From an uncultured Chitinophagales bacterium (lineage in GTDB: Bacteria > Bacteroidota > Ignavibacteria > UBA10030 > UBA6906), in contig CAZBWR010000004.1 of the NCBI GenBank assembly GCA_964495695.1, positions 39,006 through 103,005 of the forward strand: a stretch of 64,000 nt of DNA, in the 5' to 3' direction. Position numbers and translations under genes: made by a program. The notes below the pieces were generated by a model, which worked only from the letters and a program-made list of their open reading frames with translations, had not been told where the DNA came from and searched no databases. Shown here in pieces: positions 27,862-36,536 of this stretch (the stretch's first letter is position 1; each line of letters opens with the position of its first letter).

Positions 27862-28418
27862 GCACGCACCCGCTCCGGATGGGCCTGGATGTAGGACTTC
27901 CAATCCTTGTGCTTTGCAGTCGGCGTAACGAGTCTCTGGGCATGGCAAATGGCGATTGCCAATGCGTCGGACGTATCGTGCAACATGGCGCTATCGCTGA
28001 TGCCAAGCAACGATTTAACCATGAATTGTACTTGCTCCTTTGATGCCGCTCCGGTTCCGACGATTGCACGCTTGACCTCGCGCGGTGAATATTCAGTGGT
28101 GGGAATTTCCTTCTCGACTGCTGCAAGAATTGAAACGCCCCGGGCATGTCCGAGTTTTAACGCCGACTGGGCGTTCTTTCCGTAAAAAGCCGATTCGATG
28201 GCAAATTCATCCGGACGGTAGCGTATAATCACATCCTGCAACCCGGCGTAGATTTTCTTGAGGCGAATGGGCATTGATTCAGCGCTTCCGTTGCTGATGC
28301 TGCCGCAGGCAATCATGCGCACCTCGTTTTGCTTCCGGATGACGACGCCATATCCGGTAATGAGTGTACCGGGATCCACTCCGAGGACGATTACGTCCGC
28401 GGGGGTGCGGGCTTTCAT
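27858..28418 (-). CDS. ruvC: Crossover junction endodeoxyribonuclease RuvC
   Basis: VIVLGVDPGTLITGYGVV (catalytic Asp context) and later ...ADALAIAICHA. The ORF track extends to 28517 and overlaps yebC, so the start was trimmed to M at 28418. Confidence 0.8.
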   Translation of the reverse strand: MKARTPADVIVLGVDPGTLITGYGVVIRKQNEVRMIACGSISNGSAESMPIRLKKIYAGLQDVIIRYRPDEFAIESAFYGKNAQSALKLGHARGVSILAAVEKEIPTTEYSPREVKRAIVGTGAASKEQVQFMVKSLLGISDSAMLHDTSDALAIAICHAQRLVTPTAKHKDWKSYIQAHPERVRA

Positions 28419-28446
28419 CCCGTTGCGCTTGACAGCTGCAACTGCT

Positions 28447-29208
28447 TTAGCCATTAATGGCCGCCATTTCCTTGTCGTCAATGTCGAAGTTGGCGTAAAC
28501 GTTCTGAACATCATCATGTTCTTCCAACGCTTCCAATAATCGGAGCGTCTGTTCAGCCTCTTTGCCCGTAACCTTAACCGTGTTTTGGGGGATCATTTGG
28601 ATTGATGCGCTCTCAATCACTATTCCGGCATTCTCGACGGCCGTTTTGACGGCATCGAACGCTTGCGGCGATGTCGTGAGGGTGAAGCCTTCCTCGTCCG
28701 ACGCCAAATCATCAGCGCCAGCATCAAGGATAATCGCGAGCAAGTCATCTTCCGAGACCGGCTTTGCTTGTCCCTCTCTCGGCAAGAGGATGTTCCCTTT
28801 CTTGTTGAACATCCACGCAACGCTGCCGCTGGTGCCAAGATTTCCGTTGTTGCGAGAGAACAGATGACGCATTTCGGATACCGTGCGCGTACTGTTGTCG
28901 GTCACACAATCAACCAGAATTGCGACGCCTCCCGGGCCGTATCCCTCGTACGTTATCTCCTCGTATGAAACACCGGGAAGCTCGCCGGTTCCTTTTTGAA
29001 TTGCACGTTTGATGTTGTCTGCGGGCATGTTGGCGGCTTTCGCCGTGTTGATGGCGAGCCGCAACCGGGGATTTCCTTCGGGGTTGCCGCCTCCGTCACG
29101 CGCAGCAATCGAGATTTCCTTGATGAGTCGTGTGAACAGCCGCCCGCGTGCCGAATCCGTTGCGGCTTTTTTTCTTTTGATAGTTGCCCATTTGGAATGA
29201 CCGGACAT
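28447..29208 (-). CDS. yebC: YebC/PmpR-family transcriptional regulator
   Basis: 253 aa. Begins MSGHSKWATIKRKKAATDSARGRLFTRLIKEI, a canonical YebC N-terminus. The yebC-ruvC-ruvA-ruvB gene order is classic. Confidence 0.85.
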   Translation of the reverse strand: MSGHSKWATIKRKKAATDSARGRLFTRLIKEISIAARDGGGNPEGNPRLRLAINTAKAANMPADNIKRAIQKGTGELPGVSYEEITYEGYGPGGVAILVDCVTDNSTRTVSEMRHLFSRNNGNLGTSGSVAWMFNKKGNILLPREGQAKPVSEDDLLAIILDAGADDLASDEEGFTLTTSPQAFDAVKTAVENAGIVIESASIQMIPQNTVKVTGKEAEQTLRLLEALEEHDDVQNVYANFDIDDKEMAAING

Positions 29209-29230
29209 TGTGCTTCTCCTTGATTCTTAT

Positions 29231-30991
29231 CTATCGGACGTCTTTGACTTTGAGCTGGGGAACAGGATTACGTTTGCCGTTGCCATTACCCGGCACTCCG
29301 TAATCGTTCTCCTCGATTGAAAACACACACTCGATGTCCCGCCTTCCTCCCGAGATTTTCGGCAGCAGGTGACCGAGGTTGAATCCGATGGCGTCGATGA
29401 CGTAGCCGCCCTGCCGTACTTTGAACCGAAGGTGATTTTTGCCGACGATACGGGGCGGGCCTGAGAGTTCAAGATCCCGCGCCAAAAACACGGGGCGCAG
29501 GTTGCCCGGCCCGAACGGCTGAAACTCATTCAGCAGCCGGACGAGACGGGGGGTGACCTCCGCCAGCGTGATTTCCGTGTCAATCCGGATTTCCGGCACG
29601 CGAAGTTCATCGGTCATCAGTTCCTTCACCGCTTGCTGAAATGCACGGCGGAATTCGGGGACTTTCTCCAGCTCGACAGTAACTCCGGCTGCATATTTGT
29701 GACCCCCGAACTGCAAAATCAAATCCTCACATCGCTTCAATGCGTTGTAGATGTTGAAGCCGGAAACACTGCGCGCGGAGCCTTTGGCCACGCCGTCGAC
29801 CGTTGCCATCATGATGGCGGGCTTGTAGTATTTCTCGACCATGCGCGAGGCAACAATCCCGACTACCCCCGGATGCCAATGGTCTTGATGCAACACGAGC
29901 GCCGATTCCGCTTCCACATCGTCGTACATCTGCTCGACCAGGATTTGTGCTTCATCAAAGGTATCACTATCGATACGTCGCCTGTTGAGATTCTCTTCTT
30001 CCATAACCTTGGCGAGTTCTGCAGCCTGCGCCGGATCGGTTGACGTAAGAAGCCCGACTGCACGCATTGCATCGCCAAGGCGTCCGACAGCATTGATGCG
30101 AGGGGCAAGGCCGAAGACAATCTGTCCGGTATTGATAATGCCGCTGCGGAATCCTGCCGATTCGATCAGCGCTTTGACGCCCGGCCGGGGATTCGTATTG
30201 ATCAGCTCAAGACCCAGTCTGACAAGCATCCTGTTTTCACCAACAAGCGGGACAATGTCTGCAGTACTTGCGAGTGCCACGAAATCAAGAAAGGAGGGAA
30301 GGAGAGATTCCTTCCCGAGCTTCATCGCAACAGCCTGGATAAGTTTAAATCCTACTCCGCAACCGGACAGACTCTTGAATGGATACTGGTCTCCCGGCTT
30401 GATTGGGTCGAGTACCGCAAATGCGCTTGGAATCGTCTCGCCGGCTTCGTGGTGGTCACAGATGATAACATTCAGGCCTTTGCTGTTTGCATATTCGACC
30501 TGCTCAACAGCCGTTATCCCGCAGTCAACAGAAAGGAACAACTTCGCGCCATCCTCAATTGCCTTGTCAATGCCGGCGATTGAGATGCCGTACCCTTCCT
30601 TCAACCTGTCGGGGATGTAGGCGGAAACGTTTGCGCCAACCTCCTTGAGGAAGAGATAGAGCATTGCCGCGCCATTCGTTCCGTCAACATCGTAGTCGCC
30701 GAAGACGCGAATGTGTTCTTTCTGTGAGATGGCGGTGAGAACGCGCTCGACAGCTTTGTCCATTCCGTTCATGAGGAACGGATCGGGGATCATTGTGAGC
30801 GAGGGGCGGAAATAAATCTTGGCTTTATCGTAAGTGTCGATGCCGCGGAGTACAAGGATCCTGGCAATTGGTTCGGGGACGTTGATTTCCTTGGATAGCT
30901 GTGAAACAACGCCGGGGTCGGGCCGCGCGGCAAGATTCCACCGGTTTTCACGGATGGTTGTGTTCACGGAAGCTCCGTCACAAAAGCACAT
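29231..30991 (-). CDS. recJ: Single-stranded-DNA-specific exonuclease RecJ
   Basis: DHH motifs (VDCGITAV, ICDHHEAG) and DHHA1 (GGHKYAAG). The ORF track's TTG start at 31039 would overlap the rnpB 3' end, so the start is placed at ATG 30991 (M17). Confidence 0.85.
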   Translation of the reverse strand: MCFCDGASVNTTIRENRWNLAARPDPGVVSQLSKEINVPEPIARILVLRGIDTYDKAKIYFRPSLTMIPDPFLMNGMDKAVERVLTAISQKEHIRVFGDYDVDGTNGAAMLYLFLKEVGANVSAYIPDRLKEGYGISIAGIDKAIEDGAKLFLSVDCGITAVEQVEYANSKGLNVIICDHHEAGETIPSAFAVLDPIKPGDQYPFKSLSGCGVGFKLIQAVAMKLGKESLLPSFLDFVALASTADIVPLVGENRMLVRLGLELINTNPRPGVKALIESAGFRSGIINTGQIVFGLAPRINAVGRLGDAMRAVGLLTSTDPAQAAELAKVMEEENLNRRRIDSDTFDEAQILVEQMYDDVEAESALVLHQDHWHPGVVGIVASRMVEKYYKPAIMMATVDGVAKGSARSVSGFNIYNALKRCEDLILQFGGHKYAAGVTVELEKVPEFRRAFQQAVKELMTDELRVPEIRIDTEITLAEVTPRLVRLLNEFQPFGPGNLRPVFLARDLELSGPPRIVGKNHLRFKVRQGGYVIDAIGFNLGHLLPKISGGRRDIECVFSIEENDYGVPGNGNGKRNPVPQLKVKDVR

Positions 30992-31404
30992 GCAGGCCTG
31001 TAAGCCGAATTCTGTCTTCCCCGCAAGCGGAGGAGGCAATCATTCATCTGGGACTGCCGTTGCCGGCAGCCTCATGCGACCTACCCGAGTGCCCGCCACC
31101 CCCTAAAGGGGATAGCGAAAAAGCGAGCAACTTCCTGCCCGAAGGCGTGCCCTCTTACGCGGTCTTGCTCCAAGTGGGGTTTGTCGTGCCCCCGATGTTG
31201 CCATCGGGGCGGTGAGCTCTTACCTCGCCTTTTCACCTTTTCCGCCTGGCACGGTGTGTGACAGGAGGTAGTCTGTTTTCTGTGACACTTTCCGTCCGCT
31301 GACGCTTGCGCGTCAGCGCCCCGTACTTTTCGCACGGCACTTTGCTCTGCGGAGTTCGGACTTTCCTCATCCCGCCGAAGGCGGAACGCGACTGCCCGAC
31401 CTGC
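30992..31404 (-). ncRNA. rnpB: RNase P RNA (rnpB), bacterial type A
   Basis: Read on the - strand, the conserved blocks are GAGGAAAGTCCGAACTCC...AGAGCA..GTGCC, AGGTGAAAAGGCGAGGTAAGAGCTCACC, ACAAACCCCACTTGGAGCAAGACC, GGGTAGGTCGCATGAGGC..AGATGAATGATTGCC and ACAGAATTCGGCTTA. A P1 pairing between GCAGGTC (5') and GGCCTGC (3') defines the ends. Confidence 0.9.
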
Positions 31405-31506
31405 ATGTGTATGTTAATGTATCAGTTAATTCAAAATCTTCTTGTCTCCGGAGCACACACGGTACCCCGTCAGAGGGCGGTCTCGAACATGTGTGCGAAA
31501 TCCGGC

Positions 31507-32253
31507 TCAGGCGTTTGCTGCCGCTACGCTTTCTGCAATATCTTCGGACACAATGATGCGGCCGCAACGTTCGCACGTGTAAAACTTGTTGTTCTGGTTT
31601 AATTCCAGAATCTTCTGCGGGGGTACTGCCGTGAAGCAGCCGCCGCATGCATTGCGTTTCAAGGGCACGACAGCGATGCCGTTCTTTGCTTTCCGGATGC
31701 GCTCGTAGGTTCTGAGGTCGGGCTTTGTGACCTTCCCGAGTACCTTTTCCCGTTCATGCTTGAATTTCAGTTCCTCGTCTTCGGTGGTCTTGGAGACTTC
31801 GGCCAACTCGGATTTCTTTTCTTTGAGCGTGGCCTCGGATTCTTCGAGCTCCTTTTTGAGTTCATCGATCTCGTTGCGGCTTTTGGTCGCCTTTGTTTCG
31901 TGATCTGCCATTTCCTTCTCGAGCCGGGCGATGGTCTCTGCCGCCTGATCCATCTCCTTTGTTAGTGCGTCATATTCCTTGTTATTGCGCACCTGCAGTT
32001 GCTGCGACTTGTATTTTTCGATCTTCTCTTTAAAGCCGATGATCTCTGAATCGGCGTTGTCGCGCTGCGCAAACGAAGAGCGCATGGTGGTTTCGGCTTC
32101 TTCAAGGCGCTTGCGCAAATCCGCGATCTTTTCTTCCAGTTGTCGTACCGCTCCGGGGAGATCCCCTTTCATTTCCTCAAGTTCATCAAGATTATTGTCA
32201 ATGAGCTGCAAAGCGTACAACATTCGTAACTTGTTCTCCAAAGAGTACTCCAC
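31507..32253 (-). CDS. Coiled-coil C4 zinc-ribbon protein (COG1579 family, HP0958-like)
   Basis: 248 aa. Long Lys/Glu-rich coiled coil. C-terminus has two CxxC pairs (CGGCFTAV...CERCGRIIV). Confidence 0.6.
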   Translation of the reverse strand: MEYSLENKLRMLYALQLIDNNLDELEEMKGDLPGAVRQLEEKIADLRKRLEEAETTMRSSFAQRDNADSEIIGFKEKIEKYKSQQLQVRNNKEYDALTKEMDQAAETIARLEKEMADHETKATKSRNEIDELKKELEESEATLKEKKSELAEVSKTTEDEELKFKHEREKVLGKVTKPDLRTYERIRKAKNGIAVVPLKRNACGGCFTAVPPQKILELNQNNKFYTCERCGRIIVSEDIAESVAAANA

Positions 32254-33360
32254 TTAAATATAATGTATTGGATTTGTTGACACTCGTGTTGCGCTGACGG
32301 GAACTGTCGATCCCCGGCGCTTCATTTCCTGCTTGAGAAACCTGACAACGGTACTAACAACCGGATTCTCGGTCTCATAATGTCCTGCATCGATCAACAG
32401 GATTCTCCCTGCTGCATGATGGAAGTCGTGATACTTCACATCTGCTGTGACGAATGCATCTGCGCCGGAGGCAATTGCCACATCAATCAATTCTGCCCCG
32501 CTTCCTCCGCACGCTGCGACCCGCTGAATACGGGCTGATGCCGGAGGTGTGTGCCGCAGTGCTTTGGCCTTCAAGCCACGCTTCACACGTCGCAAGAACG
32601 CTTGCGCCGTGACAGGACGGGGGAGCGTCCCGATGATGCCAATGCCGTATTCCTGGTGTATATTCTCAAGCGGATACACATCGAATGCAGGTTCCTCATA
32701 TGGGTGAGTTGCTTTCAAAGCCGCAAGCGCCGAAGGGACGGACCGTTGATCGGCAATCACTTCAAGCCGAATCTCCGGGACAATCTCCAACGTGTTTTTT
32801 GTGCCCACTGCGGGCTGTGATAACTCACTCCCTTTGAAGCTTCCAGACCCTTTGGATGAGAAAGAGCAATACCGGTAATTGCCGATGACTCCGGCCCCGG
32901 CTTCGGCCATGGCATTTCTGACCCTGGATACGTCCTGCTCGGGAACAAATGTCACAATCTTGCGTTGCAGCTTGTACGTCTTGTGGAGGAAGTCGACCTT
33001 CTCCAGGCCGATCATGTCTGCAAGAGCGAAACTCGTTCCGTCTTTTGTGAAATCGAGATTTGTGTGGGCGGAATAGAGGTTAATTCCATTCCTGATCAGT
33101 TCCTGGATTGTTGCGCCCGCTTCGTTCTCCGGTGTAATGGACCTGGGAGGCCTGAACAGCAAGGGATGATGGCTTATGATAAGGTTCGCCTTCATTCGTA
33201 CGGCTTCCCGAACAACGGGGATCGTGCAATCGAGGCAGACAAGAATCCTTGAAACTGGTGCTTTCCGATTACCGACCTGCAATCCGATATTATCCCGCTC
33301 CCACGCTATATCCTTCGGTGCCCACGCACTGAATAATCTGTCAATATCCTGAACGACCAT
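32254..33360 (-). CDS. Nif3-family dinuclear metal centre protein (YqfO/YbgI, GTP cyclohydrolase 1 type 2 homolog)
   Basis: 368 aa. Nif3 N-terminus (ILVCLDCT...ANLIISHHPLLF). A central inserted domain and a C-terminal half (GGSGAELID...VTADVKYHDFH) match the long YqfO-type. Confidence 0.75.
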   Translation of the reverse strand: MVVQDIDRLFSAWAPKDIAWERDNIGLQVGNRKAPVSRILVCLDCTIPVVREAVRMKANLIISHHPLLFRPPRSITPENEAGATIQELIRNGINLYSAHTNLDFTKDGTSFALADMIGLEKVDFLHKTYKLQRKIVTFVPEQDVSRVRNAMAEAGAGVIGNYRYCSFSSKGSGSFKGSELSQPAVGTKNTLEIVPEIRLEVIADQRSVPSALAALKATHPYEEPAFDVYPLENIHQEYGIGIIGTLPRPVTAQAFLRRVKRGLKAKALRHTPPASARIQRVAACGGSGAELIDVAIASGADAFVTADVKYHDFHHAAGRILLIDAGHYETENPVVSTVVRFLKQEMKRRGSTVPVSATRVSTNPIHYI

Positions 33361-33379
33361 CAGGCATAGCCCCTAAGAC

Positions 33380-33415
33380 AAAAAAAGTGTCCCGCTTTAC
33401 GGGCGGGACACTTTT
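33380..33415 (-). terminator. Rho-independent (possibly bidirectional) terminator
   Basis: Perfect stem GTGTCCCGC / GCGGGACAC with a 7-nt loop. Flanked by A7 upstream and T4 downstream on the plus strand. Lies downstream of the - strand REC-HisKA gene and separates it from nif3. Confidence 0.5.
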
Positions 33416-33573
33416 CACTCTTGGGGTTAAATGCGACAAGATATTTGTTCGGGGCGTATGGCGTTTCCCTCCGCATTTCACACAAGATCCTTGTTAATCA
33501 TTGCAACGCAGTAATTTTCTGATAAGAATATAGAAACGGGGGGAGAGAGATGCAAGTAGCCCGGCCGTTGCAC

Positions 33574-34323
33574 TCACCCCTTCAGGTATTCGATTCGCTC
33601 GAAATTGATGTCCCGCAACTTGGTGATTTCCCGCTCAACGATTGCTATGTTATTGTCAAGATTTTCGACAAGGCGCTTCTCCTGGGGCGAAAGCTGCTGG
33701 CGGAGCAAAATGTCCGTTGTAATCTTGATTGCAGCGAGGGGGTTATTGAACTCGTGACACACCGTCACCACAAGTTCGTGGATTGCATCGGTTTGTTTCT
33801 TCGCAATCAGGTCGGCCTTTTGCTTTTCGGCGATCCGCCGCTTAAGATAGACCCGCTCAAGGATATTCACAATTGTGCGGGGAAGGACGGAGTAATCCAT
33901 AGCCTCGTCCTTTACCATGTAATCCTCGACGCCGTACTTCATGACTTCGATGGCGAGCCGGAAATCCCGGTTGGATGTCAGAAAGAAGACGGGTGTCTCG
34001 ATCTTCTCCGTCCTGATTTCCTTCATCACCTCGAGCCCGTTTTTTTCAGGAAGGTAATAGTCGACGATCACCATGTCGATGGCGGGGTTGCGCTTCAACT
34101 CGGCGATGGCAGAGTCGCCATCCTGGCGCCATACGACGTTGAACCTCTTCCCCTGGTACTTTGAGAGAAGATGCTGCGCAACAGCCATGTAGCTTGTGTC
34201 GTTATCGACAAAAAGTAAGTTGATCGTTTCAGGGGTTTCCATGAGGGCCTTAAAGTGTTGCATAAGTATAGCATAACCCTTGAAGACATGCAAACGGTTG
34301 AGGTGTATCGTGACATTCATCAA
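33574..34323 (-). CDS. Response-regulator receiver fused to HisKA dimerisation/phosphoacceptor domain, lacking an ATPase (CA) domain
   Basis: 249 aa. REC domain (LLFVDNDTS...MVIVDYYLPEKNG...KDEA). H-box at the C-terminus (CHEFNNPLAAIK). The protein ends about 60 aa after the H-box with no N/G1/G2 boxes. An alternative start at M28 is possible. Confidence 0.65.
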   Translation of the reverse strand: MMNVTIHLNRLHVFKGYAILMQHFKALMETPETINLLFVDNDTSYMAVAQHLLSKYQGKRFNVVWRQDGDSAIAELKRNPAIDMVIVDYYLPEKNGLEVMKEIRTEKIETPVFFLTSNRDFRLAIEVMKYGVEDYMVKDEAMDYSVLPRTIVNILERVYLKRRIAEKQKADLIAKKQTDAIHELVVTVCHEFNNPLAAIKITTDILLRQQLSPQEKRLVENLDNNIAIVEREITKLRDINFERIEYLKG

Positions 34324-34556
34324 GAGCGCCGCTTTATGATATATCGGAATCTTCCTGTATCGTCTTCACCCCCGGTCAGGGAATCCGCTTATCCATGTTA
34401 TCCGTGTCATAAACCCTGCCCCGGCTGTCTGAATCGGTTGATTTTGTTTGATACTTTGTCTATCATCAGTGTCGTGTGTCATGCACGACGATGCACGTCG
34501 GTACTTCCCGCGCATATTGAACGGGCCGGCAATGTCAAACTTCCGGGAAAACGGAA

Positions 34557-34925
34557 ATGGCTGAAAAGCGAAAAATACTTGTTGTTGATGACGAAGATGC
34601 ACTCCGCACCGTACTGAGTGCCGAATTGAACAGCGAGGGATATGACGTGGGGACTGCAGCCGACGGAATGGAGGCGCTGACTGAACTGCAGAAGTCTCCA
34701 TACGACCTTGTTCTGCTCGACATAAAGATGCCGAACATGAACGGATTCGAGGTGCTGAAAGTAATCAAGGAAAAATACTCCGGCACCAAGGTCATCATGC
34801 TGACGGGCTTCGCCGATTTGAAGAACGCCATCGAATCCAAGAAGCTCGGCGCCGAGGACTTTGTCAGCAAGCCGTATGACCTCGTTGATTTGCTAACCAC
34901 GATCGATCGGGTGATGAGCGACTAG
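34557..34925 (+). CDS. Single-domain CheY-like response regulator
   Basis: 122 aa. KILVVDDEDALR...LVLLDIKMPNMNGFEVL...LTGFAD...SKPYDL. Confidence 0.8.
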   Translation: MAEKRKILVVDDEDALRTVLSAELNSEGYDVGTAADGMEALTELQKSPYDLVLLDIKMPNMNGFEVLKVIKEKYSGTKVIMLTGFADLKNAIESKKLGAEDFVSKPYDLVDLLTTIDRVMSD

Positions 34926-34941
34926 AACTTCGGCGGGGGCG

Positions 34942-36309
34942 ATGCCAAAGCAATACCATCTGCTAATTGTCGACGATGAGGAGTATCTGAGGACTCTTCT
35001 CGGAAGCGAACTCGGTGATGCTGAAGAGTTCAACGTCGATACCGCCTCCGACGGCAGCCAGGCCATCAACAAGATCCAGCAAGTTGTCTACGATGTAATT
35101 CTTCTCGATATCAAGATGCCCCGGGTCGGGGGGCTTGAAGTTCTTGAATTCGTCCAGGAATATTCTCCCACCACGCAAGTCATCATTCTCACAAACTACG
35201 CCGATATCAAGACGGTGATCCGCACCATCAAGATGGGAGCGTATGATTTTTTGGCGAAACCCTACGATATTGAAGAACTGCTGAATTCCATCCACAGGGC
35301 CATAGAGCGGAAGGAACTTTTCATCAACAACAAACTGATGAAGAGCGAGCTGTCAAGGAAGGGAGCCGGTAACGAGCTGGTCGGACAGAGTCCGGCGTTT
35401 CTCCGCATGATTGAAAGTGCCGAGCGCTTTGCCAATAGCGATTCCTTTGTGCTGATTCAAGGCGCAAGCGGAACCGGCAAGGAACTGATCGCCGGATTCA
35501 TCCACAGGAAAAGTCCCCGCAACAATCGTCCATTCGTGGCTGTGAACTGTGCTTCAATACCTGATGCCCTTCTTGAGACGGAGTTGTTCGGTCACGAAAA
35601 GGGGGCTTTCACAAACGCTTATACATCCAAGCAGGGATTGGTGGAAGTGGCGAACGGGGGAACACTTTTTCTTGATGAGGTCGGGGATATTAGCCCGGCA
35701 ATCCAACCCAAACTCCTCCGCTTTTTGGAGAGCGGGGAGTTCAGGCGAGTCGGCGGGACTCATCTTCTCCGCGTCGATGTCCGCGTTGTAAGCGCATCGA
35801 ACAAAGACCTGCAGGAGGAGGTGAAGGCGGGGAGATTTCGTGAGGATTTGCTCTACCGCCTGAATGTGGTCACGGTTCGCGTGCCATCCTTGCGCGAGCG
35901 GCCGGACGATATTCCTTTGCTTGCCGATTACTTCCTGCGCCGTAAGGGGAGCCTGCGCAATCCCAAAACACTCTCACACTCCACAATTCAAGCCCTTGTG
36001 GACCACGATTGGCCGGGGAACGTCCGTGAGCTTGAGCATGTTCTTGAGGGCGCAATTCTGCTTTCCCAGGGGGATGTTATTGAGCCGGGAGATTTGTCAA
36101 TCTACCAGCACAAAAAAAATGAACCGGTCATGCCGGTCGCAAGCACCACGGACGACTCAATGACACTTGAACATCTGGAGATGCTACACATAGAACGGGT
36201 TCTGAATAAGCACAAGTTCAACAGGGGAAAAACGGCGGAAGAGCTCGGGATCTCCAAGAAAACCCTCTATCTGAAAATCAAGCAATACGGGCTAAAAGCA
36301 GCCGAATAA
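34942..36309 (+). CDS. Sigma-54-dependent transcriptional response regulator (NtrC family)
   Basis: 455 aa. REC domain, then an AAA+ sigma-54 activator domain (GASGTGKELIAGFIH, GAFT motif ESELFGHEKGAFTNA), then a Fis-type HTH (KTAEELGISKKTLYLKIKQYGL). Confidence 0.85.
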   Translation: MPKQYHLLIVDDEEYLRTLLGSELGDAEEFNVDTASDGSQAINKIQQVVYDVILLDIKMPRVGGLEVLEFVQEYSPTTQVIILTNYADIKTVIRTIKMGAYDFLAKPYDIEELLNSIHRAIERKELFINNKLMKSELSRKGAGNELVGQSPAFLRMIESAERFANSDSFVLIQGASGTGKELIAGFIHRKSPRNNRPFVAVNCASIPDALLETELFGHEKGAFTNAYTSKQGLVEVANGGTLFLDEVGDISPAIQPKLLRFLESGEFRRVGGTHLLRVDVRVVSASNKDLQEEVKAGRFREDLLYRLNVVTVRVPSLRERPDDIPLLADYFLRRKGSLRNPKTLSHSTIQALVDHDWPGNVRELEHVLEGAILLSQGDVIEPGDLSIYQHKKNEPVMPVASTTDDSMTLEHLEMLHIERVLNKHKFNRGKTAEELGISKKTLYLKIKQYGLKAAE

Positions 36310-36389
36310 AAAATGTTGGGGTGACTGTAACCTTTTCCTGCCTCGGACGTCTAACAGGGTGACCAGTACCACATACAACTCTCCTTACA

Positions 36390-36435
36390 GGAAAGCCGAT
36401 AGAGTCTGACCAACTTAGTCGGCTTTCCTCCTTTT
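36390..36435 (+). terminator. Putative rho-independent terminator after the NtrC-type gene
   Basis: 10-bp perfect stem GGAAAGCCGA / TCGGCTTTCC with an 18-nt loop, followed by TCCTTTT. Confidence 0.45.
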
Positions 36436-36536
36436 AGGGCAATTGATTCTTTGTTTCGCTTTCCGTTAATTCTCACCACTCTCTCCGGGGCTGCGCCCCC
36501 GATTCCTGTTTTGTTCAAGTCCATCCTGACTACCAT

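Noticed and set aside
30992-31039. N-terminal 16 codons of the ORF-track recJ (TTG start)
   Set aside because: They overlap the 3' part of the RNase P RNA gene. A downstream ATG gives a RecJ N-terminus matching the conserved region, so this is treated as an over-extension.
33550-34164. 204-aa + strand ORF overlapping the REC-HisKA gene
   Set aside because: The - strand frame contains clear receiver and H-box motifs; the + frame has none.
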